DNA of 64,000 nucleotides from a virus. Both the position numbers and the translations under genes were made by a program. The notes under the pieces are model-generated. The model was not told the origin of the DNA, searched no databases, and saw nothing but the letters and a program-made list of their open reading frames with translations. Location of the stretch: positions 97,916 to 161,915 of the IMG/VR virus record IMGVR_UViG_3300023184_008416; one strand, 5' to 3'. Shown here in pieces: positions 55,780 to 63,770 of this stretch (position 1 is the first letter of the stretch; each line of letters opens with the position of its first letter).

Positions 55780-56189
55780 TGTTTGACTACAGAAAATACT
55801 TGACCTTATCAAATCTTTCTATCGTTTTAAACGTAGTTTTAGGTATTGCTCTGTACTGTACTTATAAGATTGCTTCAGTCAAACCCGACCTGTCAAAGGT
55901 AGGTGATGACAGTGTTCTGATCCAACAAATGGCGGACCGCAATCAAAAAAGTATTGATGAACTTGACGTAAAGCTCCAGGCTACCGAATTACAACGCCAA
56001 AAAAACTTAGAAGAATACAGGTCAACTACACAAAAGATCCTTGATTCCTATGCAACTCGAATCAAAGATCTTGAAAAGAAGCGAACAGAAACTGTTAAAA
56101 AAATCTCTGATCAATATAAAGGAAATTTACCCGGGCTAGCACAAGAATTTTCTAGTGCCACTGGAATACAATTGAAAGATAAACCATGA
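55779..56189 (+). CDS. N-anchored coiled-coil membrane protein (i-spanin-like)
   Basis: TM LSIVLNVVLGIALYCTY followed by a long coiled coil. Confidence 0.5.
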   Translation: MFDYRKYLTLSNLSIVLNVVLGIALYCTYKIASVKPDLSKVGDDSVLIQQMADRNQKSIDELDVKLQATELQRQKNLEEYRSTTQKILDSYATRIKDLEKKRTETVKKISDQYKGNLPGLAQEFSSATGIQLKDKP

Positions 56190-56698
56190 AGCATCGAACA
56201 GTTGTGTCATTGTTTTTAATTTGTTCATTTGTTTCACAGATAATTTATGCCGATGAAGTACCTTCCACACCACCTCCACCAACACAAATTTCTCCTTCTT
56301 ATTTAAGTCCTTTAAAATTGGGTGAGCCCGCACCTTTTGATGGATTATTACTGTCAGAATCAGCAGCCGCAGAAATTATTGCTGATAGAAAATTGTTTCC
56401 AGAAAAAATAATCATCGAAACAAATAAAGTTCGTGATTCCGAACGTAACAATTGCAAATTGCAACTTGGCGAAGCAAAGACGACCTGTGATCAAACACGA
56501 GCAATTGATATTGCCAAAATTCAAGAAAAAGATTCTGAAGTTCAGGCTTTAAATAAAAAAATCGGTGATTTAGACAAACAAATTTTAGAGCAGGGTAATA
56601 CAGAGAAGAATTTGCCCAAATACGCTGCAGTGGGATTTTTGACTGGAATAGCAACGACGTTACTTACCGTGTATGCAATTTCTAGCATAACTCACTAA
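56186..56698 (+). CDS. Secreted coiled-coil protein with C-terminal TM (spanin partner-like)
   Basis: Signal peptide ending IYA|D, L..GEPAPFDG.LL motif, coiled coil, C-terminal hydrophobic helix. Confidence 0.5.
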   Translation: MKHRTVVSLFLICSFVSQIIYADEVPSTPPPPTQISPSYLSPLKLGEPAPFDGLLLSESAAAEIIADRKLFPEKIIIETNKVRDSERNNCKLQLGEAKTTCDQTRAIDIAKIQEKDSEVQALNKKIGDLDKQILEQGNTEKNLPKYAAVGFLTGIATTLLTVYAISSITH

Positions 56699-56732
56699 AG
56701 TTACATACATATCTGCATTGGTGGTGAACTTT

Positions 56733-57047
56733 ATGGAAAATGATCCTAATGTATTGACTGATAATGTTGCAAAAGTTATGTCTGTCGACAGTTCAGATCC
56801 CGTGATTCCAAAATCATCATGGTTGTGGCTCAAGGATTCCAAAGGTGTGCCGTCCGTTACATTGACCTTTGCAACAGTCGCTTTTGCAGTGACGACGACA
56901 GCATACATTTTATCAATGTTTGAATCTATCGGTCGTTTTAATGTTAGGACATTTGATGTAGGCGCATGTGGTTCTTATTTTGGAACTGTAATGGCTTTGT
57001 ACTGGGGTCGTCGCTGGACGGAAGCGAAATACAACAATCAGGGTTAA
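56733..57047 (+). CDS. Holin-like two-TM protein
   Basis: DSKG.PS.T motif, two hydrophobic segments, basic C-terminus. Confidence 0.5.
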   Translation: MENDPNVLTDNVAKVMSVDSSDPVIPKSSWLWLKDSKGVPSVTLTFATVAFAVTTTAYILSMFESIGRFNVRTFDVGACGSYFGTVMALYWGRRWTEAKYNNQG

Positions 57048-57048
57048 T

Positions 57049-58689
57049 ATGAAAAAAAGATTTATTTCGCTTAAGGAATCAGTGTTGGGACAGAGTGATA
57101 ACAACTCTATTGTCAACGTTAATCCCGTTGTAGATCCGTCAGCTGCCCTTACTGATCCGATGGATACAAAATTTGTTCCCAAAAATGATTTAGAACTAAG
57201 CGCTGCGCTTGCCGCGGCGGCACAGTCAACCAAACTTTCACCAGAAGAAGCATTTGAAAAAGTTGAAGCAGCACTTAAAGATGACAATGACGAGGGAGAC
57301 ATGAAGACAGAAAAAAGTTTAGAAGAGGCAATCAGACAACAGGTTCGTTCAATTATAAAGGAAGTTACTCTCAGTCAGCTTCCCCCGTCTTTAAGACAAG
57401 ATTATCTTGATGCTGGTGCTCCTGCTACAGGTCAAATTCCACCCGAGGTTTTGGCAAAAGTGCAGGCACGCCCAGAGACTACAAGATTAGGCTCAAAACA
57501 AAGGGCAGAAATGTCTGCCGCTCAAAAATGGGCGCAGCCAGTATCAGGAGATGTGCCTGCTGTAACAAAAGTTCCTGCGTCAGGAACTGCCGCTGGACAA
57601 CAAAAATTTGAAAAAGATCCATCTTTACTCACAAAGCTCGATAAGATGCTCCCTGAAATTCAAGTGTCAAAAAAGACAGGCGAGGAACTTTCAAAAGTTG
57701 CTGAAAAAATAGCGAGCGTCATAGAACCTCTTCACACTGCTACACTTAAAAAGATAGCAAGCATGTTAAAAAAGGTTGTAGACGACTATAACAAAGGAAT
57801 TTCTCCAGATGCCAAATTCAATTTGAAGGACATGAAGTCAGACTTTGACCTTGCAGAACAATATGCAGACTTCCTAGAATATGTGGGAGGCGAAGATTCT
57901 CCAGTTTCAGAAGAAGACTTCAATCTGTTACAACCTGCCCTGGAATCATTACATACTGCGATGATGGATCCATATCAACTTTTGTGGCAAAATGAAAAAC
58001 TCTCACAAATGAAAGTAGCTGATCAAGCACTTCGCGGTTGGATAAATAATGCTGCAAGAGAGATCAAAGACGAGCCATCGTTGCAGAGCGGTGCAGGCGG
58101 GAGATCAAGAATTAATCTGAGTCAAGATTTCTTTTTTAAGATTCTTAAACAACATTTATCTTCTTTAAAGGTTGATGATCAAACAACCTCGGAGATGGCA
58201 GAAGAATTAATGAAGGCATTTAAAGATGAGTCTCCTGCTAACATGACCAATATCATGTCACAAAAGTTGATACAAACTGCATTTTTAAACCTCTGGGATA
58301 AAGAATTTGTCGAACCCTTTGGCATATCAGACCTTTTCGTAGAAAAAGAAACCGGAAGGCATGCTCAGATGACTCGAGGATTTGCTGATCTCGCGGCTGC
58401 GTCCCTTAAAAAGGGAAAAGGTTCACAAGTAGGAAAGTCGGCTGAATATTTGAAAGAACTAGTTTCTAACGTTTTAGAAGCAATGAGAAGTGATTCCGAG
58501 GATGAAGATGAATTTTACGCGATTCAAAGAGGCGACCTATCACCTACACAAATTAAACTTGCCAAGGAGCTTGCTAGTTCGATGGATCAAAATCAATTGA
58601 CGCAAATGATACAAGAAAATCCTGCTTTTGAGGAAGAGATTTTTGGACCTGATGATATTATTGCTGTAATTCGAAATTTGGATGTTTAA
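57049..58689 (+). CDS. Hypothetical late/virion-associated protein (546 aa)
   Basis: ISLKES N-terminus; internal LEEAIRQQVRSIIKE motif. Confidence 0.6.
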   Translation: MKKRFISLKESVLGQSDNNSIVNVNPVVDPSAALTDPMDTKFVPKNDLELSAALAAAAQSTKLSPEEAFEKVEAALKDDNDEGDMKTEKSLEEAIRQQVRSIIKEVTLSQLPPSLRQDYLDAGAPATGQIPPEVLAKVQARPETTRLGSKQRAEMSAAQKWAQPVSGDVPAVTKVPASGTAAGQQKFEKDPSLLTKLDKMLPEIQVSKKTGEELSKVAEKIASVIEPLHTATLKKIASMLKKVVDDYNKGISPDAKFNLKDMKSDFDLAEQYADFLEYVGGEDSPVSEEDFNLLQPALESLHTAMMDPYQLLWQNEKLSQMKVADQALRGWINNAAREIKDEPSLQSGAGGRSRINLSQDFFFKILKQHLSSLKVDDQTTSEMAEELMKAFKDESPANMTNIMSQKLIQTAFLNLWDKEFVEPFGISDLFVEKETGRHAQMTRGFADLAAASLKKGKGSQVGKSAEYLKELVSNVLEAMRSDSEDEDEFYAIQRGDLSPTQIKLAKELASSMDQNQLTQMIQENPAFEEEIFGPDDIIAVIRNLDV

Positions 58690-58695
58690 GCAAGC

Positions 58696-59064
58696 ATGAC
58701 AATTGGCAATTTTAATAAATTATTGATGTTGAATAATCTGTTGATAGAACAAGTGAATAATTCTACAATACAACCGATGGTCCCCGTCAAGCCAGTCCAG
58801 GCTCCGATAAAAGCTGTCAGAGCCTGGAAAGAGCACGAAGGATCTTTGTTCAAGGAATACATGTTTCTTTCTATTGATGAGAGAAACAGGTTTGTGAATA
58901 ATCTCCTTTCTTACGAAGAAGAAAAAGGTCATAATGCAAAGATGTTGATAAATCATCTTAACGTAAGAATTGCTGTTACGACAAAAGATCTTAACAAGGT
59001 GACTGAATTAGATAAAGAGTATTCGAGAGCTGCAGATTTAATTTTTAAGGAAATTAAAGGATGA
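58696..59064 (+). CDS. Pterin-4a-carbinolamine dehydratase (PCD/DCoH)-fold protein with degenerate active site
   Basis: W....GSL.KEY.F....FV.....EEKGH...V.I..TT.D...VTELD fold pattern; HHP is replaced by HNA and THD by TKD. Confidence 0.65.
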   Translation: MTIGNFNKLLMLNNLLIEQVNNSTIQPMVPVKPVQAPIKAVRAWKEHEGSLFKEYMFLSIDERNRFVNNLLSYEEEKGHNAKMLINHLNVRIAVTTKDLNKVTELDKEYSRAADLIFKEIKG

Positions 59065-59456
59065 TTGTTGCCGACGAACCACGAATTTTGATGAGTGATT
59101 CTCTTAAAGATTCATTCGACGATGAGCAAGAATTTGACAACAAAACCATTGGAACAGTTGCTTTCATGGCATCTGATAACTCTTCGCATCTCCTTTCAAT
59201 TTTCAGAGAGATTGAAAGAAAAAAATCATCTATAAAATTTACCGTAGATTGTAGGTGTTCAGATGCCTATTCAATACTCAATAGGATGGAAGATATTTCG
59301 TATGATTTGGTTGTCATTGAGTATTCTGAAAATTTTTATAAAATTGATTTAAAAGAAAAAAAACTTTCTAAATTTAAAATGAAATCTATTAATAACGAAG
59401 ACCAAACTTGTGTTTGTGAAATTAAGTTTGTATCAAAAATCCAACAAGTACCATAG
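59061..59456 (+). CDS. Hypothetical protein
   Basis: ATGA overlap with the upstream gene; 131-aa ORF. Confidence 0.55.
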   Translation: MIVADEPRILMSDSLKDSFDDEQEFDNKTIGTVAFMASDNSSHLLSIFREIERKKSSIKFTVDCRCSDAYSILNRMEDISYDLVVIEYSENFYKIDLKEKKLSKFKMKSINNEDQTCVCEIKFVSKIQQVP

Positions 59457-59472
59457 ATATAGTTGTAACGAT

Positions 59473-59640
59473 ATGTCACAGACCTTCAATTTTGATAAAT
59501 TCATGGATGATTTGCTCATCAAAGAAGCCGAACACCGCGAAAAGAACAAGCAACTTGAAAATGCGGCAGAAACCCCTCAGAGAGAATACATACGTCGATA
59601 TAGTGAAACGCCGCATAACAGGATGAAGGTTAAACCATGA
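59473..59640 (+). CDS. Hypothetical protein (55 aa)
   Basis: ATG 59473; FDKFMDDLLIKE. Confidence 0.55.
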   Translation: MSQTFNFDKFMDDLLIKEAEHREKNKQLENAAETPQREYIRRYSETPHNRMKVKP

Positions 59641-60080
59641 CAAAGTTTAAGACAATTGATGACATCAATCGTTTTTTATTGATCTGTGAAGCAGGTGAAA
59701 ATGAGCCTGTCAACAGTGACAAACAAGTCATGAAGAAGGGTGAAGTTACAGCTGAAAAGATAATAGACAAATTAAATACGATTCGATCTGGCAAGTCATT
59801 TAGGGATGCAGAGATCAAATCATCTTTACAAGAATACATTGATTCTCTTAAAAAACCAGAAAAAATTGCCCTGTTTGCTTTCCTTAAAGGAATCGCTCAA
59901 ATTGTGACCGGCGAAATTATGGGTGATGCCGCCGTAGAGCCTTCAGACCCAGCTCCGGCAATTTCCATGAAAAAAACGACCGTCAAAAAAGTAATTAAAC
60001 CAACGATCATTAATAAGAGAGCCTCAGAAAAAGGTGAAGAAGATACGTCTCCACCTGCTCCAATTAAACCCAAAAAATGA
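59637..60080 (+). CDS. Hypothetical protein
   Basis: IIDKLNTIRSGKSF motif; ATGA overlap. Confidence 0.65.
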   Translation: MTKFKTIDDINRFLLICEAGENEPVNSDKQVMKKGEVTAEKIIDKLNTIRSGKSFRDAEIKSSLQEYIDSLKKPEKIALFAFLKGIAQIVTGEIMGDAAVEPSDPAPAISMKKTTVKKVIKPTIINKRASEKGEEDTSPPAPIKPKK

Positions 60081-60113
60081 TACCTTTTGTAAGGTGTGAA
60101 TTATTATTGGCGC

Positions 60114-60308
60114 ATGCTAAAAAAAATCACTTTGTCTGACGGTTCTGTTTTAGAAGTTGACATGACTGATCGTTTGTTGACACACATTGCCCAACGCAAC
60201 GGCGTAGAAGAGGCAAGAGTTAGTGATGTGATGGTAAAAGATTTCTTGTTAGGAGCCATGAAACAGGCTTCAGATAAAAACGTAGAGATTGTCGATAAAC
60301 TACCGTAA
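60114..60308 (+). CDS. Hypothetical protein
   Basis: ATG 6 nt after a TATTAT -10-like hexamer. Confidence 0.55.
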   Translation: MLKKITLSDGSVLEVDMTDRLLTHIAQRNGVEEARVSDVMVKDFLLGAMKQASDKNVEIVDKLP

Positions 60309-60328
60309 TATCAGGATATCTATTTACC

Positions 60329-61345
60329 ATGAATAAACCAACATCGAAACGCCTATTACGGGAGTATGTACGTAACTTATTGTCAGAAGACGGCGGTGAT
60401 TATGGTGGTGGCGGTGATTATGGTGGAGGTGGATCATTTGGCTCACACGGTTACATGACGTTCGTATCATCGAGCGAATTGTTTAAAGCTTTCACCGGAC
60501 CCATCAAAAACGCAATGGGCGTGATTGGTTCAGAGCTTGGAAAACTTGTTTCTCTTGCAAAATTTACAGCAAAAGCTGTCGTCGGCAGCCTCGCAGATAT
60601 TGTTCCTGGGTTTAAAGCAGATTGGAAAAAAAATTACAAAGAATATTACACCGAAGTTGATCAAATTCAAAAGTCACATCAATCATTTTATGATGGTCTT
60701 GAATTAGGCACAGATTATCACATGGCTGCATTTTTGCTAAATCCCGGTTTATATTTAACGGCAGGAGTATTTGGAAAACTTATTGGTGGCGTAAAAGAAG
60801 TAGAAAAAAATGTTTCTATTAACAATTCAAGGGTACATACGGGTAACTTGATCAGTGAAAGTGTTGAAACAGAGATAGAAGAGATAAAGAAGCTCATTCA
60901 ACCAGCTGGCAAAAGTGCCGGTGAACAAATTAAGACAGATATCATTGGATTAATGAATTTAATAAAAATTTCACCTGATGAATTTGCAAAAAAATATGGT
61001 TCATCCTTAGACGGTAAAACAAAACAAATTATCAAGACACTTGAAGACGCAGAAGAGGCGGAAAAAGCAAAAAAGAAAAATGGGACGCAAGATGAAACCT
61101 CTACACAATCTAAGGCAACGCCTCAACAAATGACTGGTGAGTTTGAGAATAAAAAAGGCGAAATACTTGCGGGAGCAAAAAAAGATTTTATAAAAATAGC
61201 TGTAGATGAAATGTTAAAAAGAATTCAACCTATTTTAACTGCAGATGAAGAAATGCGAAAGCCACTTGGTCTTGGACCCTCAAAAACTGTTATAGAAATA
61301 AAAAAAGGGATCGAGAACCTTAAAAAGGCTATCGGTACCAAATAA
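60329..61345 (+). CDS. Hypothetical late/virion-associated protein
   Basis: RLLREYVRNLLSE leader; GGDYGG repeat. Confidence 0.6.
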   Translation: MNKPTSKRLLREYVRNLLSEDGGDYGGGGDYGGGGSFGSHGYMTFVSSSELFKAFTGPIKNAMGVIGSELGKLVSLAKFTAKAVVGSLADIVPGFKADWKKNYKEYYTEVDQIQKSHQSFYDGLELGTDYHMAAFLLNPGLYLTAGVFGKLIGGVKEVEKNVSINNSRVHTGNLISESVETEIEEIKKLIQPAGKSAGEQIKTDIIGLMNLIKISPDEFAKKYGSSLDGKTKQIIKTLEDAEEAEKAKKKNGTQDETSTQSKATPQQMTGEFENKKGEILAGAKKDFIKIAVDEMLKRIQPILTADEEMRKPLGLGPSKTVIEIKKGIENLKKAIGTK

Positions 61346-61386
61346 ATTATCTAAACAAACTATCATGATAGTTGAATAATACTGTC

Positions 61387-61665
61387 ATGGCAAAAAACTC
61401 AGCTAAAAATTATAATGTTGATCTGATGCAACCTGATGAGATTAATGCTCTCAAGACAGTTGTGAAAGAGTTTATTGGACGTTTGGAGAACGTTGATAAT
61501 GAAATTGAATTGCTCAAGGAAGATCGCAAAGCACTGATCGAAGAGTACAAAGGAAAGCTAGATTTAAAAACGTTGACTGCAGCTTTGAAAGTGATTAAAA
61601 TTCAATCCAGTGTTGCCCACAGAGACACTTACGATCTCTTTCTAGAAGCCCTGGGAGAAGAATAA
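61387..61665 (+). CDS. GapR/DUF2312 (T4 DsbA-like) dsDNA-binding protein
   Basis: VKEFIGRLENVDNEIELLKEDRKALIEEYKGKLDLKTL..ALKVIK matches the DUF2312 pattern. Confidence 0.7.
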   Translation: MAKNSAKNYNVDLMQPDEINALKTVVKEFIGRLENVDNEIELLKEDRKALIEEYKGKLDLKTLTAALKVIKIQSSVAHRDTYDLFLEALGEE

Positions 61666-61666
61666 A

Positions 61667-62014
61667 GTGACTACTAAAAAAAGTAAAGCAGTTGTTGAAA
61701 AGACTTCTCCTAAAAAAACAAAAAAATCAGCAAGCAAAACCCCTGAAGTCAAATATCCACTAGAACTTAGTGTAGGAGAGATCACATTTATTCGCGATCT
61801 TTTATCAATGATGTTGCCTCCTGACGGAGAGTTCACAGTAGCTTCAGTTCTGTCTCAAGTTACCGAGGCTACAGAACATGAAAAAACATTGTGGACAAAA
61901 ATTTGGGATGCTTGCGTAGCAACTGGGGTACCTGTTGGTGAGGATGCTCCTGATTATCTTGTTGCTCAAACGATGAGTCTTGGTGTTTATCAAGTGTCTA
62001 AACAGGAGGAATAA
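61667..62014 (+). CDS. Hypothetical protein
   Basis: GTG start with GGAG SD. Confidence 0.6.
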   Translation: MTTKKSKAVVEKTSPKKTKKSASKTPEVKYPLELSVGEITFIRDLLSMMLPPDGEFTVASVLSQVTEATEHEKTLWTKIWDACVATGVPVGEDAPDYLVAQTMSLGVYQVSKQEE

Positions 62015-62448
62015 TGGAATATTCAGTTGGACAAATATTGTATGTTGTCATGAAAAATGACAATAAAGTTGTTCCAATGCAGGTGTGTGAAGAAATTACA
62101 CGAAAAACGCTGGAAGGATTAAAAATAGATTATGTTGTCAAGGTTGGGTCTGAAGACAAGGGATCTACACTGACTGTAGCTCAGATTGAAGGCGATATTT
62201 TTGACAGTCCCGAACAGGCAATTCAGGTCTTGACAGACAAGGCACATTCTTCTATCGTTCGTTTGGTAAATCTTGCTCAAGAAAAAGCAAAGATCTGGTA
62301 TGAAATGAGACCTGCCAAAATTGAAAGGGTTGCGTTAGAATCAGAAGATGAAGTGATGCACATTAATCAGCAACCTACGGGAGCTATAAAAGTCAGGTTA
62401 TCTGACGGGACAATGGCAAACGTTAAACTTCCAGCAGAATCTGTTTAA
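62014..62448 (+). CDS. Hypothetical protein
   Basis: AGGAGG SD; TAATG overlap; YSVGQILYVV. Confidence 0.65.
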   Translation: MEYSVGQILYVVMKNDNKVVPMQVCEEITRKTLEGLKIDYVVKVGSEDKGSTLTVAQIEGDIFDSPEQAIQVLTDKAHSSIVRLVNLAQEKAKIWYEMRPAKIERVALESEDEVMHINQQPTGAIKVRLSDGTMANVKLPAESV

Positions 62449-62466
62449 ACTCATATTTAACCTGAG

Positions 62467-62994
62467 ATGAAGTTACTTCGGCAATATCTCAGAGAATTTT
62501 TTGGAGCATTTTCGGGTGGTGGGCAACAACACGTTCAATCTGATTTAATGGATCGAGATGTCCAAGTTATCAGCCAGAATACAGGAACACTTGGAACGCC
62601 TCAAAAAAAATTAACTCGTGCTGCCTGTGTGGTTATAAAGGGATCAGGAAAAAAATTTCTAGGTGTCTCTAGAAAGCACGATTATACTGATTTTGGATTT
62701 CCAGGAGGTCACATTGAATCTGGAGAACTACCAGAACAAGCAGCTGCCCGAGAATTGGAAGAAGAAACAGGTTTACAGGCACACGGTTTACAACACCTTG
62801 TCACGGTTGACACCAACGATGGAGGAAGTTGCGTAGTATTCTTGTGTCAAGCGTCTGGAAAAATCCATACCAAAGAAGAAGGGATCGTGAAGTGGGTCAC
62901 AGCTGATGATTTATTAAACGGATCATTTGGCAAACAAAATGCGATTGTTCTTCAACAATTAAATAGTCTGTACAATCCCAAGACAATAGGTTAA
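62467..62994 (+). CDS. Nudix hydrolase with N-terminal leader
   Basis: Intact Nudix box GGHIESGELPEQAAARELEEETGL; MKLLRQYLREFF leader; ATATTTA motif upstream. Confidence 0.92.
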   Translation: MKLLRQYLREFFGAFSGGGQQHVQSDLMDRDVQVISQNTGTLGTPQKKLTRAACVVIKGSGKKFLGVSRKHDYTDFGFPGGHIESGELPEQAAARELEEETGLQAHGLQHLVTVDTNDGGSCVVFLCQASGKIHTKEEGIVKWVTADDLLNGSFGKQNAIVLQQLNSLYNPKTIG

Positions 62995-63005
62995 AATAAT
63001 TTGTA

Positions 63006-63479
63006 GTGGTTAAAAACCGGATTCCTCTTCGTAGTCCTTTTGGATTAATTCAAGAGGACATGTGGCCCAATGAATGGATGATTTTGGTGTGTTGTATGAT
63101 GTTGAATTGTACAACACGCAAACAAGTAGAAAAAATAATGCCATCATTTCTACAATCATGTTCAACACCTGATGCATTATTAAACTGTGATCAGAATAAA
63201 TTAATTACAATAATTTCTCCATTGGGTTTTGGAAACAGAAGAGCTTCTAATCTTATTAAGATGACTCACCATTATCTTAATCTTTCCTGGACACACGCAA
63301 ATCAATTGCCGGGCATCGGACAATACGCATCAACAGCTTGGGAAATATTTTGTAAAGGGATTATAAGAGACGTTGAACCTCAAGATGGTGCGCTAAAACT
63401 ATATTGGAAATGGTACAGGAGACATTATGATCAAAAGAAAATCGTTAGTGCAAGAGAAACCGATCAAGTCGCAGCCTAA
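63006..63479 (+). CDS. MBD4-like HhH DNA glycosylase domain
   Basis: SPFGLIQE..W...W..LV.C.MLN.T, PLG....RA..L.K, LPGIGQY...W.IFC.......P.D..L..Y..W parallels the MBD4 catalytic domain. Confidence 0.8.
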   Translation: MVKNRIPLRSPFGLIQEDMWPNEWMILVCCMMLNCTTRKQVEKIMPSFLQSCSTPDALLNCDQNKLITIISPLGFGNRRASNLIKMTHHYLNLSWTHANQLPGIGQYASTAWEIFCKGIIRDVEPQDGALKLYWKWYRRHYDQKKIVSARETDQVAA

Positions 63480-63735
63480 TATCCTCACCAAAAAGGTTAA
63501 AAAAAGCCTAAAGATTGATGCACTTCCTGATGCAATTGTAGACGGCAAATTTGTGGGCCAAATTGGTACAGAGTTGATTACTCTTCGCTACAGAGACGGA
63601 AAAGAAAAATCTGCCCTTGTGACAGTAAAACAAATTGATACCGATGGATTGGTTCATTCTTGGGATGAAACTTTACATCAATGGTTTCTTTTTTCACTAA
63701 AAGAACCACCCAAGGTTCTCAAAATTTCTCAATAA
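63427..63735 (+). CDS. Hypothetical protein
   Basis: AGGAG SD; 102-aa ORF. Confidence 0.55.
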   Translation: MIKRKSLVQEKPIKSQPNILTKKVKKSLKIDALPDAIVDGKFVGQIGTELITLRYRDGKEKSALVTVKQIDTDGLVHSWDETLHQWFLFSLKEPPKVLKISQ

Positions 63736-63767
63736 GAGGGCCTACTTGTGGTAGGTAGGCCCCTTTA
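63735..63767. terminator. Terminator hairpin between convergent genes
   Basis: GGGCCTAC / GTAGGCCC stem. Confidence 0.7.
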
Positions 63768-63770
63768 TCT

